A stretch of DNA of 63,999 bases, the filler included, from Basidiobolus ranarum (lineage: Eukaryota), in the NCBI GenBank assembly GCA_040143965.1. It is 3 parts of 3 records of this genome, joined end to end, with 100 filler letters (N's around TTAATTAATTAA, not from the genome) between each part and the next. Parts side by side here need not be neighbours in the genome. Positions count along the whole stretch, not along the records: positions 23,357 to 46,565 come from JASJQH010007046.1; positions 46,666 to 63,999 come from JASJQH010007182.1; 1 more part is not named here. The stretch is one strand, 5' to 3'. The notes beneath the pieces are model-generated. The model was not told the origin of the DNA. It saw nothing but the letters and a program-made list of their open reading frames with translations, and searched no databases. Position numbers and translations under genes: made by a program. Below, piece by piece: positions 37,436 through 51,719 of the stretch (its first letter is position 1; the number at the start of each line of letters is the position of its first letter).

Positions 37436-38233
37436 TTAATTTTTGGAATCAGCAATGTTCCTGCTATTTTCTACTGCTACTTTAAGCGCAGAGAGATCTT
37501 TAAGATAATGGTATCTAATCTGTTCATCACAGTATCGCCACTGTTGTGTAGAACAAGCTTCACCAACCCTATCTCTAAGAGAAACCCATTGCGTCCAATA
37601 TTTTTCCCAGGTCCATTGGGAATCTTGTTTCCATTGAGCTCTTAGAGTAGTCATCTCTAACTCCAATTTTCTAAGTGTCTCTGAAGGGATCATGGATATT
37701 TGCTCGGGGCTACAGGAATCAGCAGTGAGAGATTCCACATCGCCTACAATCACTACTCCACGTAAGCCTATCCAAGGACCATAAGTAGGATGTAGGCAAA
37801 ATCCTAGGTCAGGATCATATTGAAGCCCGGCTAGTCGACCAGCATGTTGAATAGCAATAAAGTTATCTCCTGTATGAACATGAGAGAACCTAATTTCCGT
37901 TTTCTTTTCACCTAAAGAACGTTCGACCGCAATTTGTAGATAATTTGCTATATAGTCATCGAGCGGATTGTCCTTATGTTCCCAAAAATCTTCAGTTTTC
38001 TCACTTAAATAGTCGATAAAGTAAGGCCACAAATACTTGGTATTACCTATCAGTAAACCTAAAGAATTTTCTTTTGAAGGGAGTGGCAAAGGTTGGAAGT
38101 TATGCTCGATTGCAAGGGAATTATATTTCGTTACTGAGAATGGAAGAACAAGGTCAAGCCCATATTTCATGAGTGAACTGGACAATGAAGATATAACATG
38201 CTCTACTGAGGATTTCATCAGTTTGATAGTCAT
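37436..38233 (-). CDS. MMACHC: MMACHC/CblC-like cobalamin-processing protein
   Basis: LGLLIGNTKYLW, NPLDDY, IQHAGRLAG, CLHPTYGPWIGLRGVVI, W..LRD and Y..EQIRYHY fit the CblC family. Confidence 0.8.
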   Translation of the reverse strand: MTIKLMKSSVEHVISSLSSSLMKYGLDLVLPFSVTKYNSLAIEHNFQPLPLPSKENSLGLLIGNTKYLWPYFIDYLSEKTEDFWEHKDNPLDDYIANYLQIAVERSLGEKKTEIRFSHVHTGDNFIAIQHAGRLAGLQYDPDLGFCLHPTYGPWIGLRGVVIVGDVESLTADSCSPEQISMIPSETLRKLELEMTTLRAQWKQDSQWTWEKYWTQWVSLRDRVGEACSTQQWRYCDEQIRYHYLKDLSALKVAVENSRNIADSKN

Positions 38234-38644
38234 TACGACACAACGTTTAGGGAAAAGGATTCCTTCAGATAGATATCAGAAATAAGAATCCGACTCAGAT
38301 TTTTGGAATTTTACATGCTAAAATGGAATTCCAATTTGTAATTATAATGTTTCATGAGCATTGAAACAAAATTCAATGTGTTTCTTATGATTGCAACCAA
38401 AGGCGAATAAATGCTCATCATCGTAGTGAGCTATGGAAAAAAAAGGTACACTAAAAAATGCACCACGAAAGGAAATTACTTCAAATTTAACCAACCAGGT
38501 ATAGACCCTTTTTGAAAGGTTTACCCTCGAGGAAAAATAAACACAAGTGCTTGGTTTTAAATACGTCGCCAAAAATTCCCAAAAAATATTAGCACCAATA
38601 TTGTACACATTCGTAGACGTCCATAGATAAAACTTATTTTCGGG

Positions 38645-41124
38645 ATGTCTTGTCGACAATGTGGGGAATCGATCATTGAGTTCGATTCTACGCAAGGTAA
38701 CTCCGTGTGTACGAACTGTGGTACTGTAAGTACTATCTAGAATATCTCTAAATACACTCACGGCCTTTTTTGAAAGTTCTGGTTCAATCCAAGTGATGTA
38801 ACCTTGACATTCTAAAGTCGAAGTCAATTTTTCCTTTCTGATTTGAAGTAGTGCTAACGATATTTGACGCGACTTAGGTTATTGAGGAAAACACCATTGT
38901 TTCTGAGGTCACTTTTGGAGAATCTGCCAGTGGAGCTGCCATTCTACAGGGATCATATGTTGCAGCAGATAAAGGTTAGTTTGGTAATATGGTATACGAA
39001 TCGCGTAGTTGAGAACTAATTAGAATTCTCGTAAACGTTTTCAGGTAGAGCAGCAATTGGTTCATATCGACGACAAAATGCTCTGGAATCTCGAGAAAAA
39101 ACAATTGCCGAAGGTTAGAAATTCACTGACTTCTCTCACAACTTGAGCTTTACTAAAAGTATGTTTCAATTCTCTCGCGTCTCATAGGTCGTCAAAGAAT
39201 TCAAAGTATTGCCACTGCCCTTCGATTATCCGAAAGATTTATGGAGGCTGCGCAAAGATATTTCAACCTTGCCATTGCCAACAATTTTTTACAAGGAAGA
39301 AAAACTCAGAACGTAGTGGCTGCATGTTTATACGTAGTTTGTCGTATGGAGAAGACCAGTCATATGTTGATCGATTTCTCGGATATTCTTCAGGTTTCTA
39401 AATATTTCATGGACTTTTTTCTGTTCCTGTTTATATCTATTGTGTTAGAATTATTCATTGATATTTTTATCTCGATAATTTGTAGACCAACGTCTTTACC
39501 TTGGGTAGTACCTTTTTGAAGTTGGTTAGAGAACTCCATTTAAATCTGCCATTGGTCGATCCCAGTTTGTATATTTCACGTTTCGCAGCTATGTTGGAAT
39601 TCGGAGATAAGACTCATGCAGTGGCTGCTGACGCTATGCGCTTGGTTCAAAGAATGGACAGAGATTGGATTCAAACGGGACGTAGACCAGCTGGTATTTG
39701 CGGTGCTTGTAAGTTTGTCTTTGGATTTTTTAACGCAGGATAAGGAAGGCGCATAACATTAAATGCTCTCCATCATATTACTTTAGGCTTACTCATTGCT
39801 GCTAGAATGCACAATTTTCGAAGAACCCAACGTGAAATCATTCAAGTTGTGAAAATCGCCGAGATCACTCTTAGAAAGAGGTAGGATATATGGTGTTCAA
39901 AGAAAGAGTGAATCGATTTGTGGTATTAACATGAACTTGAAATGCTTTAGATTGGATGAATTCAAAGAAACTCCTTCAGGAAATTTAAGTGTTTCTGACT
40001 TCCAAAATCTCTGGTTAGAAGAGGCATGTGATCCACCGGCATTCAAACGGGCACGAAAGAAGCACAAAGATGTGACGGAAGGGGATGAGGAGAATGATGA
40101 ACAAGACCAAGATCAAAAAGTCAAACCTGAAATTCAGAAAGCACAAACCATAGAGGAAGGAACGATGAAGGAGGAGAAATCATCACAAAATTCATCGGAA
40201 GCCGAAGAAACTGACGAAGAAAACCTTGCTGCTGAAATGAATGAATACCTTCATGGTGAACAGCTTTTGGAGCTTGCCAAGGATATGAATGGTACGTTCA
40301 TTCACAATGGTTGCTTCTTTTTGTCTATTTTCTTTACTAACTGAGCTGATTCATGTTTCAGTTAAAGATATCGATGAAGAAGTGGAAAATTGGTCAGATA
40401 TTGATGACGATGAGATTCGTAATGTAATTTTGGATGATGAAGAAGTCAAGGTGAAAACCGAGGTTTGGACCGAAAATAACAAAGAATATCTCGAGCAATT
40501 GGAAGGTAATTTAATCACATGTCAATAAGAATTACCAACCATATATATTAAATCTAACACTTTTGGTGGTCTTTTATTAGCTAAACGCAAACGTGAAGAG
40601 CTTAATCAACAGCTTGGGATCAATACTAAAACTCATAGAAAGGTTTGCATTTCAACTATAGATTATTGTTCAACATTACAGTTAGTAACTCATTTCAAAT
40701 TATCTAGCGAAGGAAGAAATCCAATAAGCCCACCGCACCAGCAGAAACGGTTGTGGAAGCTGCAAAACAGATGCTTAATACCAAGAAAGTGTCCAAGAAG
40801 ATTAACTATGCGGTTTTAGAATCCTTGTTTGAAGACGGAACAGGCAAGAACGTAGACAATAAAGAAATGATCATTAAAGCCGAAAAAATATCACAGTCAA
40901 ATATAATTGAGGAAGTGGTAGAAGAGTTCTCAAAACCAGAATCCAAAGATGATGTGATACGAGAGATTGTTGAAGAAGAAACACTGCCGCTACCAACAGC
41001 TCTGCAGAAATCGCTAGCAATGAATGATGAGTACGAAGATGATGACGAAGATAATGCATTAGTGGCTCACATCTCTGGAGATGAATACTGGTCTGAAGGT
41101 GATGGCGAAGTTGATGAATGGTAG
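38645..41124 (+). CDS. BRF1: TFIIIB subunit Brf1, multi-exon
   Basis: Zn ribbon MSCRQCG...CTNCGT, cyclin folds ([25 protein letters not shown]), [15 protein letters not shown]. Confidence 0.95.
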
Positions 41125-41919
41125 CATCCTTTTTGTATATTTGTGGAGGCACGCGCACCTTCAATAATATTTTTTCTTCGTATATTTTCCGTTGATTTTC
41201 CGTTGATTTTCTTTTAAAAAATACCGTAAGAATTAGCTAGCCATCAGAACCAGCAACACAATACCTAAATTCAACAATGACTTAATAATTTACGAGAAGT
41301 TGTCATTCTTACGAGTATTTCTCAATTCCCTTATCGAAACACTCACCATAGAAATTAGGTGAATTTCTTGAAAGTCGATTATTTCAATAAATTTCGCGAT
41401 TTTTAAGCATCTCTACGATTTAACGGATATAGCTTCGGGAATGCCCATGTTCAGTAGAGAATAATGGATCTGTTTATTTGAAAATAGAGCTTTAACGTTG
41501 AATACCACACTCGTGAAAAATAAGAATAATGCATATGTTGGAGGAAAAAAGAGAATAGGCTTCGGAATGGAAGAAAAGTATCGTTCACAGTAATACGATA
41601 GAAACCTCAACAATACCGTGGAATGGGATGGGGTGGGATGTACATAGTCTCACTATTACATCAATGAAAAATAAGAAATGATGCTTTCTTTTCTTCCGCA
41701 AACACCAGTTTGGATATGGGTTGGTCAGTGTGAATATGAAATACATACTAACTCCGCTAACAAACCAAATAAATCTAGGTGGAGGTGCACCGCTTTATCA
41801 TAAGATGGCAAGAGACGAGTAATATCTCGAGGAGATAGACTTCTCTCACCTTTTTATACGCGATTGAGAAGAAAACACCGGTTTAAAAGTTAAAATCAAA
41901 GAGTGGGTATTCAACGCTA

Positions 41920-42603
41920 TTAGCTAATCAGAGGATGTGTATTGTCAGTATGTAGAAGTTTGGTTTTGTGGTTTAGTCGAACTTGGCAAGGCTCGTTAAA
42001 CTCCAGGGGTGTATCGACCATAGGAATATCTGAATCGTCCGGAGACCAGTCGTTCGTCTCTTCGGGTTCAAGAATATTCTCCACCGTTTTAGTATGTAGT
42101 TGGTTTCGGATAGTAATAAAGTGTTCCAAAAACTTCAACCAGTTAAAATAATCATCCTTGATTACCACCAAACGATACTCAACAGCTGCTAAGAAACCAA
42201 GCTCCATACGGTTTAGTTCGTTAATTGGGATACCACTGACTCTAGACCACATTCGTTTATTCAAAACCTTATCATCAAGGTATTTGTTAGCCAAAATTAA
42301 GGCCACAGTAAATATCCCAATTTCTGAGCCTGGTTGGCCACGAAGTTGTCCATTCAAATATTTCAAACGTTGTATGTATTTTAGGGCGAGAATTATGACC
42401 GAAGAGGAAACCTTGGTAGTAAGTAGCATGTTTTGGCAATGTTTTCTGAAAACACTACTGGCACTGCTACTCATAGGGTCCAACTCGGGGTACCACGTAA
42501 AAGTAGCCACATCCGCAGCAAAGGTGGCGAACTGAGAAGCGGCCAAGTCGTGAGTGAAGTTGGTTGGCGACTCCAACCGCTTGTTGAAGTCAACACCAAA
42601 CAT
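41920..42603 (-). CDS. Pho80/Pcl-family cyclin
   Basis: VIILALKYIQRL, FTVALILANKYLDD, WSRVSGIPINELNRMELGFL. Confidence 0.88.
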   Translation of the reverse strand: MFGVDFNKRLESPTNFTHDLAASQFATFAADVATFTWYPELDPMSSSASSVFRKHCQNMLLTTKVSSSVIILALKYIQRLKYLNGQLRGQPGSEIGIFTVALILANKYLDDKVLNKRMWSRVSGIPINELNRMELGFLAAVEYRLVVIKDDYFNWLKFLEHFITIRNQLHTKTVENILEPEETNDWSPDDSDIPMVDTPLEFNEPCQVRLNHKTKLLHTDNTHPLIS

Positions 42604-43715
42604 CGAGAGAAACGCAAGCTAATGATGAAATTTCTTTTGTCAAGACCGATTTATATGATTATATAAATAGGAAAATTTATCGAGTCTCATGTTCTTATCC
42701 GGACGATAACCCGACCTTGGATGAAATTTAAAAGCAAGATAATCAGTTTACTAATCTATATCAGTGAGGCCGGAAGGTTGCTCGGAAGGATCATCTGAAT
42801 TTCTCTGGATAATCTAGATTTATCTGACCATTGATTGGTCAAGTCCTTCAATGGAATCACCTGTAACAGTACTAATTAGAGACCATCCCAACGTTGAAAT
42901 TATGCTGGTCTAATCCTACTCTGGCTTTTACCAGGAGACGAGGATCTGGATAATATATTAAGAATAGGCTCATTTCTGATGATCCGAGTATAGAAGACCA
43001 CTCAACGATCGGTAGAGATAATGATGTTACATATGGACAGGTACGCAACTATATTGCAAGTAAGTTTCCCACCAGATATCTCCATTTTAGTAACGCGATC
43101 TATAGATAATCTTTACCCCCTCCGTTGAATATGTAATGAATGTTTCCTTTTTGGTATGGGCTCTTGCTGGATAATACTGGCCAGACCGTCTCTATAACAC
43201 AGCACAACGTGAACTTTAAATGGATATGCTTGCATTGAAAATCAACCTAACTTTACTTAGTTAATAGTTAAACCACTTGACTTAAATGTGAATCAGCATA
43301 GTTAACCACTTTGCTTAAAGGTGAATCACACAGCTAACAGTTAATCAATTTACTTAAAAGCTAATCGATTTGAGCGCATTTAGATTAAATGCATGTTAAC
43401 AAGTCACAACAGATGTTAGAGGCATATTATGCAGTATGCACATCAACAGTGTTTGCCTTTAGAATGTAAACGTAGATGCTCTCAATCGAGCTCTCCATAC
43501 AGTAATCAGTATTTTTAATAATGTGAGTGCCAAGTTGGCTGAGCTGTTTCGCAACAAAATCTATTTTTGAACATGATCAGCTTTAGAACTATGCGATTAA
43601 CATATCCGTGATTCTCCACAATTAGGATTGGCAGCTTAGATTGAGATTGAGCGGTCCAGTATAATCCTAGGAATCATTAGACAGAAGACTTTATACTTCA
43701 CCTACCACTGTTAAA

Positions 43716-46565
43716 ATGAGTCGGCGAAATACATTATTTTTAATACTCATATGCTTCTCAGTAATCTCCCTTGCTACTTGTGATTCATTTTCTTTTCCAG
43801 AAGTGAAGTTGGCCACTGAAGAGGTATCAAATGCGTAGAAATTCTTTCGTTCCTTGTACACTCTCATTAGTGGATCTATTCAACTTTATTCTTCATATAT
43901 TTATAGTGCGAAAAGATCTCTGATCATGCTGACAGATGTGCCTTTGTTCGAGAAAACTGTAACGATTTACAATCGGGACTTATAAATTATTTGGAATTCT
44001 ATTATTGTGGGTTCCATTCGGTTCACTTCATCGCTTTCTTTATTCTGGCAAGTATAGCGGGTTAAACAAGTTTTACACGAAAAGAATACCAACTAAATGC
44101 ATTTATAGGCTGCTTGGTTATTATTCCTGTTCGCATTTGTTGGAACAGCTGCTTCCGACTATTTTTGTTCGTATATAATTATGTTGGTTTTTATTTGAGA
44201 AGAAACAAAGGTATTGATTTTCTTTCTCTCGAAAACAATAGGTCCAAACCTTAGTTCTATAGCAACTACTTTAAACCTATCTGAGAACATGGTAAGTTCA
44301 AAATCCTATTGACTTCACCAAATTATTATTGACTTTCTAATACTTGTTTGCGTGCGTTAGGCGGGTGTTACTTTTCTTGCTTTTGGTAATGGAGCACCTG
44401 ATGTATTCACTACTTTCAGCGCATTAAAAGCGAATAGCAGTGGTTTGGCGTTTGGTGAACTTATTGGTGCAGCAGCATTTATTTCTTCTGTGGTGGTCGG
44501 GAGTATGGCCATCGTAAAACCATTTCGCGTCTCTTCAACTGCTTTCCTGCGAGATATTTTGTTCTTTACAGGTGCTATCATTGCTATATTAGCATGTTTA
44601 TGGGATGGAAAGGTGTCAATTTTTGAAAGTGTGGGATTGATCGTATACTATGCTATTTACGTATCAGTAGTAGTGTGGAAAAATTGGATGGAGGTTCGTG
44701 GAGAGCAGTACAAAACACTGATTCAGAGAGCACGCGCAGAGTATGCACAATGGGATGATGAAAATGAACCATATTCTCTAATTTCAGGAAATCATGATGG
44801 TAACTTAAGCCCGTAGTTAATGGAAGAAAGTCATCAATTCTAACCATCATACCTAGTTTTCTTTGGAAGAGTCTCGGAAAGTCATGAAGAGGATCCTCTT
44901 TTAGCTGATGAACTAGAAGAAGACCAAAGATCTCAAGGAATATCTCTTGGTAGTCAGAATACATCGTTAAATCCTAGGCCAGCACCTGTCAGACGGCGTA
45001 AATCACTGCTTAGTGCTATCGAGGTGAGATTCGTGATAGTGAAATAGGTATTGACATGTTCTAACCATAGAAATATTAGTTTCGTGATGTGGTACAAAAT
45101 CTGCATCCATACACACCCAATAGCTCATCAAGCTTTACTCTTGCTCGCACCAATTCCATCTTGTCTCGAAGATCTAATTCATATCCTAGAATACAAAGTG
45201 AAGAAGACATTAGTGGAGAGTCCGTAGTCCCCAGTCATGGTCTCTCTATTATCATTACCTCTGAGAATGATGGATCCACCCCCCTTACCGACTCGCCTCT
45301 TCCTCTTTCACCTATGCCTAGTCCCCACCCAGATGAACCCAGAGTGCGAAGAGTTTCATTTGGAGACCCAAACACATATCACCCCGCTGATGTTCAAGCA
45401 TTAATTGCCTCACCAAGTGAATCACCCAGCTCCACACCTCTTCTGACACCAACCTCGCCATTTACCAATACTAAAACGATTCAATCAGCTCAGAATGTCA
45501 TTCGCATTCTATTCCCTGGTGTATGTCAATGGAAACAGAAATCAACGTTCGGAAAAATGGCTGGTTTAATTACCCTCCCAATACAGTTACTGTTAAAGTG
45601 CACAGTACCGGTTGCGGAAGAGGTATACGAGACGGAAGTAGACATCTCACCCAGAACAGAGGATGGCGAAACAATAAATGAGAGTGTCTATTTGGAGGAG
45701 GTTAAATCTAAGACATGGGTTAAATGGCTGGCAGTACTTCAATTCCTCACTGTCCCTATGTTCATATTTTTGGTGTTTTTCAGTAAGTATTTATTCATAA
45801 CTTAGTCGAAGTTCAATACTAACAGGGCTCTAAATACTTCAGATGAAACACCTGCTTTCAAATACGTTTGGATTCCACCGATCATTGGCTTCGTATTAGC
45901 TGGGTTATGTTACTTGTTGACAAAGTCTTATCAAGCACCTGCGTATTATCATTTGGTGGCCTATGTGGGATTCCTCTCGGCCTTAGGTTGGATTTATCTA
46001 ATTGCCAATGAAGTAGTCGGACTACTCCAGGTACTTATTAAATCAACATTATTTGAAAATACTTAACTAACTTGAACATTTATCAAAGGCAATTGGACTC
46101 ATCCTTGGCTTAAGTGAAAGTATTATTGGACTGACAATCTTCGCTATGGTAAGTTTGTTCATCGAATAGTCAATAACTTTCATTAAAGTAACATATGGGA
46201 CTCTCTCCTGCAGGGAAATAGCTTGGGTGATTTTGTCGCAAACGTTACAATGGCTAGAATGGGCTTTCCTATGATGGCTGTTAGTGCATGTTATGGAGGA
46301 CCTATGTTGAGTAAGTTGGCTAGTTATATTCTTGACTCATCAAATACTCATCTATTTGCCTTTAGATATCCTAATCGGGATTGGTGCCTCTGCTACATAC
46401 ATCATCGCAAGCACGGGTAATGACTATCCCATCAACCCGTCCATCACTGTGTTCGTTTCCGGTTGCGGTCTTTTACTGACATTACTAACCGCACTCATAT
46501 ATCTCCCACGTAATGGTTACCATTTCACTAGACAGTATGGATACTGTTTGATAGGAATCTACTTC
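43716..46565 (+). CDS. Cation/Ca2+ exchanger (CCX/NCLX-like), multi-exon, 3' end lost in gap
   Basis: Signal peptide, FCPNL, alpha-1 repeat GVTFLAFGNGAPDVF, alpha-2 repeat GNSLGDFVAN...ACYGGPML. Confidence 0.9.
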
Positions 46566-46665
46566 NNNNNNNNNNNNNNNNNNNNNNNNNNNNNNNNNNN
46601 NNNNNNNNNTTAATTAATTAANNNNNNNNNNNNNNNNNNNNNNNNNNNNNNNNNNNNNNNNNNNN
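46566..46665. other. Assembly gap with TTAATTAATTAA linker
   Basis: 100-nt N run with linker at 46610-46621. Confidence 0.98.
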
Positions 46666-47264
46666 TTTGAGGATGCGAAGAAGTAATCGCTCTTTCTTAT
46701 TTGTCGAATCTTCAAAATACATATTACTGCCTTCTCTCCACCAGAAGGATACCATTTTGACTTTCTAGAATGACTCTGCCACCTCTTTTCCATCTCCGTA
46801 TTATTTCGAACTGATTCCCTCGATCGATGTCTATCAATTAGTGAACCATTTTTCCCTAATATAACCCTAACCCTCTAGTGGAAAGGAAGGTCAATAATTC
46901 ATGGGATGCGATGCGGAAAGAGATACCTCCCCTCTCTCCCCATCTTCTCTTACGCATCTCCCCTATATTTACTTCATTTTCTGTACCTATTTCTTAAACT
47001 TGGCTCAGCCAAACTTTTACCATCTCCATGAGTTCAATAAATAGTCCTAGTATATGATGTGTTGAAACTTGACTTCCAACGATCGGAATAATCTATACTG
47101 GAATATATGAAGCGTGAAAAAAATCTTATTCTGATTCATCCAACAGTCAACAATGCAAGGGTCTATTTTTCGTCACGTTTTTTTTTCTATTTTCAGATTT
47201 CAGGTTGACATATAGACAATTTAAATAAGCGAATCCCTTTTTCTTTCTATCATTAAGTTCAAAG

Positions 47265-47665
<401 letters not shown>

Positions 47666-47775
47666 ATTCGCGTACACACTTCGTACGAACCATTTATCGT
47701 GTCACCTAATTATAATAAAATAGGGATCTTTTTTTGCCAAAGAGATATTTTTATTATATATATAGTGGAAGATAT

Positions 47776-48924
47776 TTAAACGTTGCATACTAAAGCTCCG
47801 TTTTCATATAATCCTGAGATAACCATGAATCCTCGAGCATAATCAATAGCTGCACTAGAACTAGTGGCATATTTGGCCCCAGAGTCACTGAACACTGTTT
47901 CTACGCGAGATTGGTTTTCTGGATTAATTACGCGTACCACTTTACTTGGAGAATTTACGCTCTCTCGGTCTTTCACAAATTGCAAGAAATCCAAAGCTCT
48001 GGGATGTCCAGCAGCAAATATCTCACCAGTAGATGGATCAACATCTATATTGTCAACACTCATATCCACTGGAATAGATAAGGTGGAGTTGAAGTGAAGT
48101 TTGGGGAAATCCCCGCCATTCTCAATGTTATATCCGAAGATTTGGTTGGCCGAAGTGGAGGATACGAATAGGATTTTTTCACTTTGACTAAGTGCGATAC
48201 CATTCGCGAATTGAATATAATTAGCTACAACTTTAGCTGTCTCTCTCATTACATTGTAATATACCACATTACTCAAGGGGAACCCGAGAAGTGTTTCCAA
48301 GGTATGCATAATAGTATTGGTAGTGGAACCGTGATCATTGGATACATAGAATGAATATAATCCCTCGGAATTAGGCTCTCTAGTTGTATCTATGTCTAGC
48401 TCGTTCGGATTTTTTATCAGGACATGTTGTATAGTACGAATATATTCCAAAGAACTTGGCTTTTGAAGGTTCGTTTTGAAGATTTCGACAACCTTGGATG
48501 CCCTACGAAGGTTTACGACGTAAAGTAATAAAGTATCTGCTTCATGAGGGTGTTTAGTTATCGACATACCCAGAGGATGGAACTCTTCTACAAAGTTTAC
48601 AAGTTGTAACTGATGTGGTGTTTTGGTTGAATCAGTCAAATTGTACACCCAAATAGAACCACTCTGTTTATCTACTCTCTCATCCAAGCGTCCCATTACC
48701 GGGTTCCATCTATCACGCTCTACCTCACAACTTAAATAAACCAAACCAGTTTCCCGCTCAATTTGTAAGCTCTCGCAGTACCTCAATTGTTCAATCATTT
48801 CACACTTCTCCATTCCGAAATCTTGAACTTTACGGAATACCCCTGTCATGTTCATCAGGTTACGCACATAAGCGAATAGTAAAGCTACTATTACAACCAA
48901 GAAAATCTTCGGTTTGGATATCAT
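47776..48924 (-). CDS. Paraoxonase/arylesterase-like six-bladed beta-propeller
   Basis: N-terminal TM, CE motif, FHPLGM, NPNE, SNDH, FANGI, VDNI, AGHP. Intronless. Confidence 0.88.
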   Translation of the reverse strand: MISKPKIFLVVIVALLFAYVRNLMNMTGVFRKVQDFGMEKCEMIEQLRYCESLQIERETGLVYLSCEVERDRWNPVMGRLDERVDKQSGSIWVYNLTDSTKTPHQLQLVNFVEEFHPLGMSITKHPHEADTLLLYVVNLRRASKVVEIFKTNLQKPSSLEYIRTIQHVLIKNPNELDIDTTREPNSEGLYSFYVSNDHGSTTNTIMHTLETLLGFPLSNVVYYNVMRETAKVVANYIQFANGIALSQSEKILFVSSTSANQIFGYNIENGGDFPKLHFNSTLSIPVDMSVDNIDVDPSTGEIFAAGHPRALDFLQFVKDRESVNSPSKVVRVINPENQSRVETVFSDSGAKYATSSSAAIDYARGFMVISGLYENGALVCNV

Positions 48925-49602
48925 AATGTACTTGAAGGAAAAGGGGAAACAGGGGAAATTGACATTACAGAGGAAACGAATGGAATTGATTTATACTACT
49001 AAATCATGTATATCAGGGGATCGAAACAATATGCATACTCATGTTACTATAAAGAACTCTCACGTCTTAAATAGGTGCATTCTATTTTCTAGCAAACAAA
49101 AACATACTCAGTCTTGGATAATATATTGCTTGTAAATCAACGGTTGTTTTGATTGAGGTATTCCAACTCCACGTCGTATAAGAACTTCCTATAATGGATA
49201 CAACCGCATAAACCATCATTCAACAATCTAATCTGGTTATTTTTAGTGACCAATCAACGGAGATATTTTACCAGAGTTAACCCATGGCGTCGTCGAACCA
49301 AATGACGCACGGTGATTAGTAAATTGGTGCATCATATGTCTTGTGTTTTGTATATATTTGAGATAGTGATTTTACAGAGGTAATTCGAGGCATAGTTCAA
49401 GTTGAGCAAATCAGAGAATAAATGATAAATTAGTTAATGTTAAAATTAGATTGAAGTATAAATAGTTCTTTGTTCCTTTTGACTACAATTTATTTTTATC
49501 TCATTTTAGTTCGTGTTTAATTTCTCTTCTTGGTTGACGCTCAGTTACCTTGTGTGTATTTAACAAGTCTAGTTAGCGGCACTACGTAAACTACTTTCTG
49601 CA

Positions 49603-50746
49603 ATGGATCCCAATACCTATTCTACTGCGATACCTACGTCAGCCATGAGTGCACAATACACCTATTACTCGGATCAACAGTTACAAATGCATTTATATCA
49701 GAGACAGTCACAACAACAACAACTAGAATTACAACAAGAGCAGTTACAGCAATTGCAACAACGTCAACAACGACAATTAGAGCAGCAAATCCAGGAACAA
49801 CAAGTTCAGGAGTTGCAACAACAATATGTCCAGAAGGCTGCTTCACCACAGGTACCATCCCAGACAATCTCTCAGAATATTGCAACCCATATGGACTTCC
49901 AGAATATTGCTCTTTATTCTCTAAGAGAGATACTCCAAGAATATGCGGACAAACCAGATGTATTGAGGTTTGTTCTAAAAGCTAAAGTTGCTGAAGACAA
50001 AGTAAGCCTCCTTTTATCTATATAATGATGATTTCTAAGTACCCATTGATCTAACTCAGCCTCTGTCGTTCATTATAAATAGAGAATAGGAGAGGAAGAA
50101 CGACAAACAGCTGAGAGATTATACCTAGAGTCCAAAATCATTGAATTGGAGATTATAAAGGAGCACCGAAAAATGGCAGCTAGTTTTGCATCCCCGATGA
50201 CTGGTCTATATACAGCAAGGTATAGTTACCTCCATTCAAATATAAACTGGATATTCCTTAATTGATATCATCTCTAGAAATGAAATAGATACGACTGGAA
50301 ATCCGTCTGGATACTCCACTTCAACAAGCCCAATGTCTTCTTTAAAGGCTTCCACTATAGAATACATGTCTGCAGGAGTTACGCCACAGACTGGTTTATT
50401 ATCTGAGCAAATCAATCCCCAACAGCAGGTAGTATCATCCAACCTTTCGCAGAATCCCAATACTGCGATCTCTATAAGCGTTTCGACGCCTGGCAATATT
50501 AGTTTGACTACCATGAGCCGTTCGAATTCCCAACCACGCACACCCCGACAATTTCCCTCCCCATCTCGAAAGAGAAGCGCATCTCAAACTGATAGCTATT
50601 CTGACGACGGAACTATGTCCATTCACCAAGCAAACGAGAATGAGGGGAACCCTGTTGTTGGTAGACGAGAGCGTTCACACTCTCATGCAGAAGTTATGGA
50701 AGCCTTGAGGAATAAGATCCGTACCAAAAGCAAACTTGCTAGTTAA
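49603..50746 (+). CDS. Glutamine-rich hypothetical protein, 3 exons
   Basis: Q-rich tract, PDVLRFVLKAKVAEDK, introns at ~50002-50082 and ~50220-50277, C-terminal HAEVMEALRNK. Confidence 0.7.
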
Positions 50747-51719
50747 AGGACATGAATGGATTTGTTCGAATCTCAAAGCTTGGAGGAGTTGCTTACGATC
50801 AGGCTTTTGGTTTCATATATCAACATCTAGAACAAAATCAAATAGGTTTCCATTTTTTGCATTTATCTTTATTCTCACATGTAAAATATTATTATTCTTT
50901 CAGTTTCATGTAATTTGTTGAAGTAAATTGTTTTTGGGATAACATAATGTTTATCCTAGTTTTTGTCACTGACTATACTATTCGATTTGAGCTTTATAGG
51001 CTAGAATTCATGTTATACCAGTCCTTCTATTTTACCAAAAATTGCTGAATTGTCTATATGGCTGTGTGTGGTTGTGAATAGGACTTGAAGAATACCAATA
51101 CTCGAGCTTTGTTAGATAGATTTCTTGCTTTCTTGACAATGAGAGAGGAAAAGGGATTGTGACCAATTTAGACTCTACTGACTAACTCCCTACATCAACC
51201 CAAACCATCACTCGTTGTATTACTTATGCCAACAAATAGAACTCATTCACCGACTTTACGACTTTCCGCGATCACTGATGTCTGCTTGTACAACATTTCT
51301 TTATTGATTCATCCATTGGTCCATGACATACAATGTCTGATTTGTTAGTGTTCTCAGATTTATGCACCTTGTTGGTCATCTGACCGTCATATAATCTTGG
51401 AATTCTTATATATTTTAGTACTAAGCCATGTCTAATTTGGTTAGTACTGGAGATAAAATACGTAGCAACATGATTAAAGTAACAATCTCGACTTTATTTC
51501 CAAAAAAAAATCCGACAAAAAGCATGAAGTTTACCCAAATAATCACCAAAATTCCCACCAACTAGATTTACTAGTTATGTGCTAAAAAAAAATCCACTTA
51601 CTCTGGATATGTAAGTTCTATTGGTTTTTTTTCTCTGAATTTATTAAAGAGGCCATACTATCATAGTATACTTGGAACTAAAAATACCCTTTTGTTCGAA
51701 ATATCTAGCTTCTTATTCC

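Noticed and set aside
36428-38233. Methyltransferase and MMACHC as part of the NAS cluster
   Set aside because: Separated from it by >6 kb containing housekeeping genes (FBP26, DOHH), with no evidence of a link.
38342-38827. 161-aa minus ORF
   Set aside because: Antisense to BRF1 exon 1 and its promoter, non-ATG start, no motifs.
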